A stretch of DNA of 64,000 nt from Gammaproteobacteria bacterium. GTDB lineage: Bacteria; Pseudomonadota; Gammaproteobacteria; JABABF01. The translations under genes were made by a program, and so were the position numbers. How positions within the stretch are numbered: the stretch's first letter is position 1; every line of letters begins with the position of its first letter. Shown one piece after another: positions 10,286 through 21,700 of the stretch. The notes below the pieces were generated by a model. The model was not told the origin of the DNA. It did not search any database and saw nothing but the letters and a program-made list of their open reading frames with translations. The DNA is taken from the NCBI GenBank assembly GCA_965237805.1, contig OZ250153.1, positions 992,001 to 1,056,000 on the forward strand, read 5' to 3'.

Positions 10286-11695
10286 ATGAGCCGCTCCCCG
10301 CTGCGACTCGTCGAGCTGATGGATCGCCGACTGGCGATCTGGGGGCTGGGGCGCGACACCACTGCTTTGCTGCGATTGTTGCGCCAGCGCGGACTGCGCC
10401 AACAGGTCACTGTATTCGATGCACAGCCGCCGCATCTCCAAAGGCAAGGGCAATTGGAGGCAGCGCTCGGCCCGCTCAGCTTCGCCGCGCCGCCAACACC
10501 CCCGACGGAGGCCTTGGCCAATGCAGAGATCCTGTTGAAAGCCCCCGGTGTGCCGTTGCACAGCGGGGCCTTGCGCGACACTTTGCGTTGCTGTCCGCAA
10601 CTGCGCCTCACCTCGCCCTCTTCGCTGTGCTTGGCCGAACCCGGCGTCGCCTCCGCCGCCATCGGTGTCACCGGCACCAAGGGCAAGAGCACCATCGCGG
10701 CTTTATTGCATCACGCCCTGCGCGGCCTCGGCGCGGATGCCCAACTGGGCGGCAACATCGGTACACCGCTGGCAGCTCTGCTGGAGGGAGCAAGCACGTG
10801 TGCCGACACGCTGTGGGTAGTGGAGTTATCCAGCTACCAGATCGCCGATCTGGAAGTGATGCCCCGCATCGCCGTGCTCAGCAATCTGTCGCCAGCTCAC
10901 CTGCCATGGCACGGCGATGCGGCACGCTACTACCAAGATAAATTGCGCCTGCTACGCCCGGCACCTGGCCGCATCGTCCTGCTCAATGCGGGCGACGCGA
11001 CGACGCGGCAACTGTGCGCCGACTGGGAGGGTGTGCGCTACTACCAAACGGCACGCGGTGCCCACACCCGGGGTGGGCTACTGTGGCACAACACGCAGTG
11101 CCTCGGCGCGCCCCCCCCGACCCTGCTCGGTCGCCACAACCTGCTCAACGCCTGTGCCGTGTTGGCAGTGCTGGAGGCACAGGGACACGAGCCGCAGAGA
11201 GCTTGGCAGGCGCTGGCCGATTATCCGGGTCTGCCACACCGCCAACAGCAGCTGGGGCAACGCGGGGGGCACCACTATGTGGATGACAGCGCTGCCACCG
11301 TGCCGGAAGCCAGCATCGCCGCGCTACGGCATTTTCGCCGATGCCACAAACAGCCACTAACACTGCTGGCTGGCGGGCAAGAAAGCGGTCTAGATTATCT
11401 GCCGCTGGCACGCGAGCTGGGGCGACGCAGCGGTGATACCGTGATCACCATGTACGAGGGTGGCGAAGGGTTGCGGGTCGCCTTGGCGGCAGCAGTGGGC
11501 CATGGGCAATGCCATGCGGGGGTGGCAGATTTGGCCTCGGCGCTGGCACGGGCACGGGAACTGACGCCAGAGGGCGGGCTGATCCTGCTATCGCCCGGAG
11601 CGCCAAGCCGGGATGCCTTCGCCAACTACCGCGAACGAGGGCGGCTATTTCAGACGCTGGCGGGCTTCGACCCGCTGCCCGAGGACGCGGGCTGA
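10286..11695 (+). CDS. murD2: MurD-family ligase, probably MurD2 (UDP-MurNAc-L-Ala:L-Glu ligase)
   Basis: GVTGTKGKST, GGNIG, VELSSYQ, GLPHR, LSPGAPS...F.NY.ERG; DDSAATV replaces canonical NDSKATN; paired with murL outside the dcw cluster. Confidence 0.8.
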   Translation: MSRSPLRLVELMDRRLAIWGLGRDTTALLRLLRQRGLRQQVTVFDAQPPHLQRQGQLEAALGPLSFAAPPTPPTEALANAEILLKAPGVPLHSGALRDTLRCCPQLRLTSPSSLCLAEPGVASAAIGVTGTKGKSTIAALLHHALRGLGADAQLGGNIGTPLAALLEGASTCADTLWVVELSSYQIADLEVMPRIAVLSNLSPAHLPWHGDAARYYQDKLRLLRPAPGRIVLLNAGDATTRQLCADWEGVRYYQTARGAHTRGGLLWHNTQCLGAPPPTLLGRHNLLNACAVLAVLEAQGHEPQRAWQALADYPGLPHRQQQLGQRGGHHYVDDSAATVPEASIAALRHFRRCHKQPLTLLAGGQESGLDYLPLARELGRRSGDTVITMYEGGEGLRVALAAAVGHGQCHAGVADLASALARARELTPEGGLILLSPGAPSRDAFANYRERGRLFQTLAGFDPLPEDAG

Positions 11696-11734
11696 GCTGG
11701 CGCGAGCCATCCCGTCAAGCCTCCGAGCTCGGGC

Positions 11735-13666
11735 TCAGGATGTGGCTGTGGCATCCTGCAGCCATTGGGTCTGTGCCCCGTCGGCGAGATGGCCACTCTG
11801 CTCTAGCCAATGGCGCCGCTCGGCGACTCGCTTAGCGCCGAGCAGACAGTCGAGCAGAGAGTCGGTCTCGTCCTCGTCCGCCAATGTCAGCTGGATCAGG
11901 CGACGGCTGGTCGGCAACATAGTCGTCTCCCGCAACTGAGTCGGATTCATCTCTCCCAAGCCCTTGAAACGCTGCACATGTATCTTCGCTGCAGGCGAGC
12001 GCTCTCGCAGACTTGCCAAAATGTGGTCGCGCTCAGATTCGTCGAGCGCGTAGCGCGCCGCATTGCCAATGTCGATGCGAAACAGCGGCGGCATCGCCAC
12101 AAAGACATGGCCGGCGTCGACCAACTGCCGGAAATGCCGCAGGAACAGTGCGCATAGCAACGTGGCGATGTGGCGACCATCGGGGTCGGCATCGGCAAGG
12201 ATGCATACCCGCCCATAGCGCAGGCCATCGAGCTGTCCCCCACCAGCTTCGATGCCCAAAGCGATGGTGATATCGTGGATTTCTCGTGACTTCATCGCGC
12301 TGACTGCGTCCAGCTCCCAAGTGTTGAGGATCTTGCCCCGCAATGGCAGGATGGCTTGGAACTCTCGATCCCGCGCTTGGCGCGCCGAACCGCCAGCGGA
12401 GTCGCCCTCGACCAAAAACAATTCGCTGCGCGAGCGGTCGGCACTGGCGCAATCAGCCAGCTTGCCGGGTAGCGTCACGCCTCCGCGCGGGCGCTTGAGC
12501 GCCGCCGCCCGGCTGAGACGGCGGCGCACTTGGGCGCGCTCCACCGCCAGCGCCGCCAATTGATCGCCCGCTTCAGTGTGTTGATTGAGCCACAGCGCCA
12601 AGCTGTCGCGCACGGCACCGCACACCAACGCGATGCAGCTGCGGGTGGCGCAGCGGTGCTTGGTCTGCCCGCTGAATAGCGGTTCTGGAATGCGCACCGA
12701 CAGCACATAAGCCAAGCGTGCGCTGACATCCTCGGTTTTCAACTTCAGGCCGCGCGGCAACAGCTTGCGCAGTTCGCAATACTCGCGCACCGACTCGAGC
12801 AAGCCGGTGCGCAGACCGCTGACATGGGTGCCACCCTCTGGGGTCGGCACCAAATTGACATAGCTTTCCATCAAGGGCTCGACACCATCGTCCATCACCC
12901 ACTGTAGCGCCCAATCAACATAGGCCTGCCCATCTGCCGCCGCATGGTGCCCGACCAGTGGCTCCGACGGCAAGGCCGCCGACCCCACCGCCCCGGCCAG
13001 ATAGTCACAGAGGCCATCACGGTAGCACCACTGCTGGCGCTCGCCACTCGCTTCCTGGAGCAAGGTGGTCTCCAAGCCGGGGCACAAGACCGCCTTGGCT
13101 CGCAATAGATGGCTGAGCCATGCGGGATTGATCTGCGCCGTGTCGAAGTAGGACGGATCTGGCAGGAAACGCAGCAAGGTGCCCGTGGTGCGCGCCCCGC
13201 AATCGTCTACTCGTTCGAGTTCCGAGCGCTTCTCGCCATTGCCATAGCGCATGTGGTAAACACCGCCTCCGCGCCACACGGTGACATCGAGCTCCAACGA
13301 CAGGCCGTTGACTACCGACACGCCGACGCCATTGAGCCCCCCCGAGAAACGGTAGTGACGATCCGAAAACTTGCCACCAGCGTGCAGAGTTGTCAGGATC
13401 AGCTCGACACCGGAACATTGCTGCTCTGGGTGCTGATCGACTGGCATGCCGCGGCCATTGTCGCGCACCGACAGACTGCCGTCGCTGTGCAGCGTCACCA
13501 GAATGCGGCTGGCATGGCCCGCCAGCGCTTCATCGACTGCGTTGTCTATCACCTCTTGGGCAAGGTGGTGCGGCGAACGCGTATCGGTGTACATACCGGG
13601 GCGCTTGCGCACCGGTTCCAGCCCCGTCAGCAGCTCGATGGATGCCGCATCGTAGCTGTCAGTCAT
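11735..13666 (-). CDS. parE: DNA topoisomerase IV subunit B
   Basis: GLEPVRKRPGMYTDT, DEALAGHA, ELFLVEGDSAGGSA, PLRGKILNTWE, QRFKGLGEMNP; ~640 aa without the GyrB insertion. Confidence 0.95.
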   Translation of the reverse strand: MTDSYDAASIELLTGLEPVRKRPGMYTDTRSPHHLAQEVIDNAVDEALAGHASRILVTLHSDGSLSVRDNGRGMPVDQHPEQQCSGVELILTTLHAGGKFSDRHYRFSGGLNGVGVSVVNGLSLELDVTVWRGGGVYHMRYGNGEKRSELERVDDCGARTTGTLLRFLPDPSYFDTAQINPAWLSHLLRAKAVLCPGLETTLLQEASGERQQWCYRDGLCDYLAGAVGSAALPSEPLVGHHAAADGQAYVDWALQWVMDDGVEPLMESYVNLVPTPEGGTHVSGLRTGLLESVREYCELRKLLPRGLKLKTEDVSARLAYVLSVRIPEPLFSGQTKHRCATRSCIALVCGAVRDSLALWLNQHTEAGDQLAALAVERAQVRRRLSRAAALKRPRGGVTLPGKLADCASADRSRSELFLVEGDSAGGSARQARDREFQAILPLRGKILNTWELDAVSAMKSREIHDITIALGIEAGGGQLDGLRYGRVCILADADPDGRHIATLLCALFLRHFRQLVDAGHVFVAMPPLFRIDIGNAARYALDESERDHILASLRERSPAAKIHVQRFKGLGEMNPTQLRETTMLPTSRRLIQLTLADEDETDSLLDCLLGAKRVAERRHWLEQSGHLADGAQTQWLQDATATS

Positions 13667-13761
13667 AGCGGGACGCTCCAATAAGGTGGGGCGCACCACG
13701 CCGCAAGGTCAAGAGAACGCTCGTGGCCAGCACCGTGCCCCGGCAGCGGAGCCCCCAACTA

Positions 13762-14655
13762 TCAGAGGGCGGCGATGCGCTCGAAGAAAGGCGGAAAATC
13801 CTCTGGCGCACGCACATACATATAGGGCAAAAACTCGATGTGCGTGGCACCGGCCTCAACTAAGGGCTCCACCACTTCCTCCACGCGATCGAGATCCGGC
13901 TCGCCCTGAGCATTGAGCGCTGGTGGCGCAACCGCACGCACGCACAATGTGGACGGGTCTCGGCCCGCGGCTTCAAAGGCTGCGCGGATCAGGGAACTGC
14001 CCTCCCTGATGAATTTCCGGCTACCTTTGATCGGCACCCAACCATCGCCAAATTCGGCGATACGACGGGCATTTTCCTCCGTCGGACTGATGCCAAACCA
14101 CAGCGGCACCCCGCCCTCCTGCACTGGCAACGGCAGGCTGTAGAGTTGCTCGATATTGACTGTCTCGGAGTGGAAAGTGACTGGTGACCCGCTCCACAGC
14201 GCACGCATGGCCCGCACTTGATCGTCCAAGCGCGCCAAGCGCCCTTCGAAGGGCAGGCCACAAGCATCGTACTCCTCGCGTTGCCAGCCAGTGCCAACGC
14301 CGAGGTCTAGACGCCCGCCCGACAGCACATCGAGCGTGGCCGCCATCTTGGCCAACAGAGCGGCCGGGCGCAGCGGGGCGATCAACACCCCAGTGGCGAC
14401 GCGCACACGGCTGGTGCAGCCAGCGATCATCGACATCAGCACCATCGGCTCGAACCACGGATATTGCGGTGCCACTGGGAAGTCGCCGAAAGGGTAGACG
14501 CCTGTGTTCTCGCTCATGATCACATGGTCGGTGAAATTCAACTGGTCGATGCCCGCCGCATCAGCTTGGCGCGCCAAGTCCAGCAGCTTTCTGGGATCGC
14601 CGCCAGCAAGATCATGCGTTCCCCACATGCCAATACTCTTTTTGTATGTCGCCAT
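13762..14655 (-). CDS. LLM-class (luciferase-like) oxidoreductase, probable F420-dependent subfamily
   Basis: DHVIM, GVLIAPLRP..LLAKMAATLDVLSGGRLDLGVGTGWQREEY, GDGW. Confidence 0.85.
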   Translation of the reverse strand: MATYKKSIGMWGTHDLAGGDPRKLLDLARQADAAGIDQLNFTDHVIMSENTGVYPFGDFPVAPQYPWFEPMVLMSMIAGCTSRVRVATGVLIAPLRPAALLAKMAATLDVLSGGRLDLGVGTGWQREEYDACGLPFEGRLARLDDQVRAMRALWSGSPVTFHSETVNIEQLYSLPLPVQEGGVPLWFGISPTEENARRIAEFGDGWVPIKGSRKFIREGSSLIRAAFEAAGRDPSTLCVRAVAPPALNAQGEPDLDRVEEVVEPLVEAGATHIEFLPYMYVRAPEDFPPFFERIAAL

Positions 14656-14707
14656 CTTCGTGTCCTCGCTGTCGTGTTGCGGATGCTCTATGTGCGCTGC
14701 CAGTGTG

Positions 14708-15145
14708 CTAGACCGCACCGTCCCCGATCTCGGCGACCGGACGCTGACCGCCGCAGAGTATCTCAGTGACCAGCTCTGTGTCCATGTACTCTTTGAGGCG
14801 CAATAATTTCCTGCGCCGGAATTCGAGCAGGAAATGGTAATGGTTGTTGTACAGCTTCCCCGAGGAATGGCGACCGCGAGACTCGGCCTCCACCGCCACC
14901 CGATCGCCCTCGGCGGTCATGGCGTGAATGGTGAAGTCCAAGCCTTCGGGGAAAGCCTCCAACACGGCACCAGCACCAGCGCGGATCTGCTCCTTGCTCA
15001 AGGTGCCGGAGATCAGGGTGCGCCCGGAAGTCCAGCAGCTGCCATCCTCATCGTAGGCATCGACAATGGCTGCCACATCACCGCGACTAAGCGCTTCAAA
15101 AAACTCCCGCGTCAGGCGTCGGTTGGTGTCTTCCAGCGTGGACAT
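14708..15145 (-). CDS. NTF2/SnoaL-like (ketosteroid isomerase-like) protein
   Basis: AEGDRVAVE, YNNHYHFLLEF, KEYMDT. Confidence 0.85.
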   Translation of the reverse strand: MSTLEDTNRRLTREFFEALSRGDVAAIVDAYDEDGSCWTSGRTLISGTLSKEQIRAGAGAVLEAFPEGLDFTIHAMTAEGDRVAVEAESRGRHSSGKLYNNHYHFLLEFRRRKLLRLKEYMDTELVTEILCGGQRPVAEIGDGAV

Positions 15146-15237
15146 GATGGCCTAGTCTGCAAACCCATTGATTGCCCGCAATATAACACAAAGTGATGGG
15201 GCAATGGCGGCCATCAGAAACCGGTCGCACGGTGCAT

Positions 15238-15675
15238 TCAACTCGATGGTAGTGGCGGCGCACCCAAACCCAATGGCTGGCCGTAGCTGAACTCCACATG
15301 GTTGCCATTGGGGTCGCGCAACCCGCAGTAATAACCGACCGGGAACGGCTCCTGTCGCGGCGCCCAGATGAGGCAACCAGCGGCGGTGCCGCGCTCGGCG
15401 ACGGCGTCCACTGCCTCGTGCGACGCCATGGCGAAGCCAAAATGGCGGTAATCATCTGCTGGCAACGCCAAGTCCCGCCCTCCATCCATCAGCACAAAGA
15501 CCATGTCGCGCTCGCGCTTGGGCTCGGCGAGCCAGACGATGCGCTGGTGCCCGGCGCGGCGCTGGTGTACAACCCGCAAGCCGCAGAAATCCCGGTAGAA
15601 AGCGAGGCAGGCCGACAGATCGCGCACATGCAGCGCCAAATGTGTCAGACGCGGCGTGGCATGGGAGGGGGGCAT
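15238..15675 (-). CDS. VOC/glyoxalase family protein
   Basis: THLALHVRDL..CLAFY, HFGFA, RDPNGNHVEFSYGQ. Confidence 0.9.
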   Translation of the reverse strand: MPPSHATPRLTHLALHVRDLSACLAFYRDFCGLRVVHQRRAGHQRIVWLAEPKRERDMVFVLMDGGRDLALPADDYRHFGFAMASHEAVDAVAERGTAAGCLIWAPRQEPFPVGYYCGLRDPNGNHVEFSYGQPLGLGAPPLPSS

Positions 15676-15773
15676 CTCTAGCTATCCCGCTCGGCGGCGC
15701 GGCAGCTCAAACTGTAGGGTCAAACATGGCACCAGGTCAAGGCCGCCCAGCACGGCGGCTGGCCGCCAGCGAA

Positions 15774-18700
15774 CTAGTGGTACACCGGTGTCAGGTCGGC
15801 GTAGCCCGCCTTGACCCCCTTGGGCTTGAACAGCCGGATGTGGTCTATTTTCATGTAGATGGGGTCGAGCCCAGTATGCAAGTGAGCAGCGGGCATATTG
15901 AGGCGCAGGAGCAATGGGGAGTGGGGGATGCCGCATGTGATGTAGGGGTTGCGATTGACGCTGTGCGGATATTGATTGCACTCCACTCCTATAGGATTTG
16001 GATGAAATTGATTGCTGCCATTATTGATGAACTTGCCGTTAAAAAAGAATTTGTAGCCCGCTGGCGTTATCTCGTAACCCATTTTGTATGATTTCTTGGT
16101 GGCCGGATCGTTATCATTGATGCCCCATTTCTGGCCGTAGACCCGCGTGGCCCCTGCAATGGGCCAAGACCACGAGTCGCCCAATGCGACCGCGTCCGCT
16201 CTGCCTACCGCATCTAGCCCCCCGAGATGGTTGACTAGGAACTGTAAGCCCCCTCCGCTCCCGCCAGCAGTATATATGGTTGTTTCGTGATTTTCAAAAA
16301 GATCCACCTCGGTTCCTTGCAGCTCCAACTGCTCGCGCGCCGTGTTCGGGAACATGAAGACCGGCATCCCCACCATCGCGGTGGAGTTTGGCACCGAGCG
16401 TTGCGCCGTGCTGCCCGCAGCCCCCTCAGCCAACCAGTAGGCCCTTACGTCAGCTCCCACAACAGCTGGATAGCGCGCATGCAAAACAAGCCCCGAAGCG
16501 GGCGTGTCCGAACCATAGACGATCGGCGCTTCCATGGCTGGCAGGGTGTCCGCGACCTGCACTTCGAAGTAGCCGTATTTGAACTCCACCTCGCTGGCGA
16601 GAGTGGCCGCAATATGTGAGCAACCCGCCGTCTGAGTGCTGGTGCAGGGCAATGCGGAATAGCGAGGGGGACGCCGCGCCACGCCCAGCCACAACTCGCC
16701 GTCCCGCACATCCAGCGCACGAGTCCATGCCGTCGGGTAAAGTTGCTCAATCAATGCGTGCCGATCGCCATACCGCTCCTCATACCATGCTGGCAGCAGG
16801 CCGATGCGCCGCAGGTATTCGATGACGGTTTCGGCCTCCTCGTCGTAGTCGTTGAACTCTGCAGACCACACCAGTTCGTAGTGCTCTTTGGCATAGCTGA
16901 GCCCGGACTGCAGATCGGCGAGGATGGCTGCCCGCTCGGCATGGTCCAGCGCTGAGCGCCGGACATCCAGCGCTTCCGGCATCCACGCCCGCATCCAGCA
17001 TTGCCGCTTCTCTGCCCGGCTCATCTGGTCGAAGGCCGCCGATACCATGTAGGGTGAGTGCGACGCGCAGGGATTCAGACTGAAACTGCCAACAAAGGCC
17101 AGTGTGCCCTCCAGCACCGCATCCTCGTAAACCAACCGCAACGACAGCTCCGCGCCCCTCAGCAGCTGCTGTTGCGAGGCCGTCAGCGTCGTATCCGTCC
17201 AGATGCCCCCTTGCCGATCGATCCGGAAGTGGAAGGTCTGCCCCCCTCTCGTCAACTCCGCCACCATCAACTCCCAACGGAGCGGCGCACGCTTCACCTC
17301 ATAGCGCGCCAGCAATCCAGTGATATCCGAGGCGGCTGGCAAATAGACGCTTTGCCGCATCGTGTGAAACTCGGAGTAGGGCGAGTCCTTCACCGTGATC
17401 AACAGTTCGGTCTCCACCACTTCCGAGCTGTTAGCCACCCGCAAGGTCACGCGGTGCTCTCGCCACTGCTCGTAATCCAACTCCCCCTCAATGCGCAGCC
17501 AATGGCTCTCCCCTTGCTGTTCGATACTGAAAGCCGTCGCAGGCAGCGCCGACTCCACCGATCCCAGCGACCAGCTCAACTCGTCGCCACCCGCATCCCA
17601 TGCCAGCAACGGCCCGCAGCGGCGCACCGCAGACTCGCCATCGCGCTCCTCAAAAGCACAGCTGGTCGGCCCTGAGTAAACCGGTAGCGCATGACCGTCA
17701 TCCAGCACCCGCAGCAGCAACCGCTGTTCGGCAGTCTCGCCCCAGCGATCGGTCACCGTCAGCACCAAGCGGTGTAGAGAGGACTCCTCGTAGTCCAGCC
17801 GCCCCGCTATCTGCAGAGCCGCCGTCTGATCCGCTGTACTCACCGGCACCACCGAGAAAGCGCCAGCCCCCAACACCGAATCCTCCACCGCGACCGAGAA
17901 ATGCGTGTAATCCAAGGACGCTGGCCAAGCGTCCACCGCGCTCAGCCCCCCGACGACGGCAGTGCTCTGACCCGCCCCTTCCAAGACGGAATACTCTGTC
18001 CAACCGGTGTAGACCGGATCGGGGCGGTCGCGCACAAGTAGCAGCAGTGAAACCTTGGTGGGCTCCCCCTGCGCATCGGTCACCGTCAGCACCAAGCGGT
18101 GCTGCGAGGACTCTTCGTAATCCAAGGCCGGCGAGGCCTTCAGATAGGGGGTGAACTGATCGCCGCTCCACCGCACGATCGTGAAGCCATCAGCCGCCAG
18201 CACCGAGTCCTCCGCCACGACCGAGAAATGCGTATAGCCCACAGCCGCCCCAGCCGCATCCTGCGCCGACAGCCCGCCAATCCAGCGCGCTCCCTCGTCG
18301 ACAGAAATCTCTGTCAAGCCGGTATAGACCACCGCCCCGGGGCGGTCGAGTACCCGCAGCAGCAACCGCTGTTCGGCAGTCTCGCCCCAGCGATCGGTCA
18401 CCGTCAGCACCAAGCGGTGTAGAGAGGACTCCTCGTAGTCCAGCCGCCCCGCTATCTGCAGAGCCGCCGTCTGATCCGCTGTACTCACCGGCACCACCGA
18501 GAAAGCGCCAGCCCCCAACACCGAATCCTCCACCGCGACCGAGAAATGCGTGTAATCCAAGGACGCTGGCCAAGCGTCCACCGCGCTCAGCCCCCCGACG
18601 ACGGCAGTGCTCTGACCCGCCCCTTCCAAGACGGAATACTCTGTCCAACCGGTGTAGACCGGATCGGGGCGGTCGCGCACAAGTAGCAGCAGTGAAACCT

Positions 18701-21700
18701 TGGTGGGCTCCCCCTGCGCATCGGTCACCGTCAGCACCAAGCGGTGCTGCGAGGACTCTTCGTAATCCAAGGCCGGCGAGGCCTTCAGATAGGGGGTGAA
18801 CTGATCGCCGCTCCACCGCACGATCGTGAAGCCATCAGCCGCCAGCACCGAGTCCTCCGCCACGACCGAGAAATGCGTATAGCCCACAGCCGCCCCAGCC
18901 GCATCCTGCGCCGACAGCCCGCCAATCCAGCGCGCTCCCTCGTCGACAGAAATCTCTGTCAAGCCGGTATAGACCACCGCCCCGGGGCGGTCGAGTACCC
19001 GCAGCAGCAACCGCTGTTCGGCAGTCTCGCCCCAGCGATCGGTCACCGTCAGCACCAAGCGGTGTAGAGAGGACTCCTCGTAGTCCAGCCGCCCCGCTAT
19101 CTGCAGAGCCGCCGTCTGATCCGCTGTACTCACCGGCACCACCGAGAAAGCGCCAGCCCCCAACACCGAATCCTCCACCGCGACCGAGAAATGCGTGTAA
19201 TCCAAGGACGCTGGCCAAGCGTCCACCGCGCTCAGCCCCCCGACGACGGCAGTGCTCTGACCCGCCCCTTCCAAGACGGAATACTCTGTCCAACCGGTGT
19301 AGACCGGATCGGGGCGGTCGCGCACAAGTAGCAGCAGTGAAACCTTGGTGGGCTCCCCCTGCGCATCGGTCACCGTCAGCACCAAGCGGTGCTGCGAGGA
19401 CTCTTCGTAATCCAAGGCCGGCGAGGCCTTCAGATAGGGGGTGAACTGATCGCCGCTCCACCGCACGATCGTGAAGCCATCAGCCGCCAGCACCGAGTCC
19501 TCCGCCACGACCGAGAAATGCGTATAGCCCACAGCCGCCCCAGCCGCATCCTGCGCCGACAGCCCGCCAATCCAGCGCGCTCCCTCGTCGACAGAAATCT
19601 CTGTCAAGCCGGTATAGACCACCGCCCCGGGGCGGTCGAGTACCCGCAGCAGCAACTCTTGCTCACGGTAGGCTCCCCGCGCATCCGATACCCGCAACAC
19701 CAGGCGGTGGAGCGAGGATTCCTCGTAGTCCAAGACCCGCAAAGCCCGCAGATAGGGGGTGAACTGATCTTGACTCCACGGCACGATCGTGAAACCCTCA
19801 GCCCCAAACACTGAGTCCTCCACCCGTACTTCAAAATGCGTCCAGCCCAAGGCGACGCCATATTGATCCGTCGCACCCAACCCGCCGACTGCACGCACCC
19901 CCTCCAGCGCCGAGTGCTCTGTCCAACCCGTATAGCTGGGCGGCACGCTGTCATCTGGTAGCACCCGCAATGTCAATGGTACCAGCACATGACCGCCGCC
20001 ACCACCGGCAATATCGTCGACGCGCAACACCAAGCGGTGCAGCGAGGACTCGGCATAGCTCAACACCTGCGAGGCTCGCAGATAGGGGGTGAACTGATCG
20101 CCGCTCCACCGCACGATCGTGAAGCCATCAGCCCCCAGCACCGAGTCCTCCACCGAGACCGAGAAATGCTCCCAACTCAAGGCCGTGCCATCCTCACCCT
20201 CAGCGCTCAGGCCGCTGAGCCAACGCGAGTTTTTGGCAGCGAGCTCCGTCCACCCCGTGTAGAAGGGGCCGGGACGATCGAGCACCCGCAGCAGCAATGC
20301 CTGCTCGTGGTAGGCTCCCCGTGCATCCGATACCCGCAACACCAAGCGGTGTAGCGAGGACTCCTCGTAGTCCAAGACCCGCGAGGCCTCTAGCACCGGC
20401 GTGAAACCATCGCTGGGCGCAGCCACCACCGCAAAGCCGTTTGCACCCAGCACCGAGTTCTCCACCTGCAGCGCAAAGCGCGTGTAGTCCAAGGCGACGC
20501 CGTACTGATCCGTCGCGCTCAACCCATCGACCAAACGCGCACCCTCTAGCACCGAGAGCTCCGTCTGGCCAGTGTAGCTGGGCGGCACACTGTCATCGGA
20601 CAGCACCCGCAACGTCAATGGCACCAACACATAGTCACCACCGCCGCCAACAATGTCGTCGACGCGCAACACCAAGCGGTGCAGCGAGGACTCGGCATAG
20701 CTCAGCACCTGCGAGGCTCGCAGATAGGGGGTGAACTGATCGACGCTCCACGGCACGATCGTGAAGCCATCAGCCGCCAGCACCGAGTCCTCCACCGAGA
20801 CCGAAAAATGCTCCCAACTCAAGGCCGTGCCGCCCGCATCTTCAGCGCCCAAACCGCCGAGCCAACGCGAGTTTTTGGCGACGAGCTCCGTCCATCCCGT
20901 GTAGAAGGGGCCGGGGCGATCAAGCACCCGCAGTGTCAAGGTGGTCTGCACATAGTCGTCGCCACCGGCAATTCCGTCCCCATCGACGCGCAGCACCAGG
21001 CGATGCAAAGCGGACTCCGCATAGTACAGAACCCGCGAGGCTTGCAGATAGGGGGTGAACTGATCGCCGCCCCACGGCGCCACCGTGAAGCCCTCAGCCC
21101 CCAACACAGATTCCTCTACTGAGAGCGAGAAGTGCCGCCATCCCAAGGCATTGCCCTGAGTATCCTCAGCGGCCAGCCCGGCAATCCAGCGCCGACCCTC
21201 GGTGATAGAAATTTCCTGCAAACCGGTGTAGCGCGGCGGCTGGTCGTCGTCGTCCAGCACCCGGATCAGCCACTGCACATCGACATAGTCCCCCTGCGCT
21301 GCCGTGATGCGACCCACCACCCGGTGCAGCGAGGAAGCCAAGTAATACAGCGGCCCCTCAATCCGCAGCGTCACCGAGGCCGGATTCGCCGCATCCGGTA
21401 CCAGCGAAAACGCCGCCGAGCCCAACACCGAGTCCACCGACCACAACTGGTAATGCGAGAGGCCCAACTCGATACCGTCAGCGTCCAAGGCCACGATACG
21501 ACCGGCGGACGCGCCGCCACCCAAGATGCGCGTCGGTGCCCCCCCCTCCAGCAACTCGAACTCCAAATCACCCACATAGCGCGGCGGGGCACCGCCGACA
21601 TCCAACACCCGCAACTCCCCCACCCAATCGAAGTGATCTCCCAGTGCGTCCGTCGCCCGCACTGTCACTTCGTGGCGCGTCGAACTCTCGTAGTCCAACG

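Noticed and set aside
15774-15850. Giant protein as a direct rhombosortase substrate
   Set aside because: The C-terminus (KPKGVKAGYADLTPVYH) lacks the GlyGly-TM-basic tail
15774-16310. Diversity-generating retroelement target at the variable C-terminus
   Set aside because: No reverse transcriptase or template repeat in the window, and the fold looks GH16 rather than C-type lectin; a remote DGR cannot be excluded
17707-19656. Repeat array as a CRISPR or mobile element
   Set aside because: Units are 645 bp, in frame and coding, with no spacers, cas genes or terminal repeats
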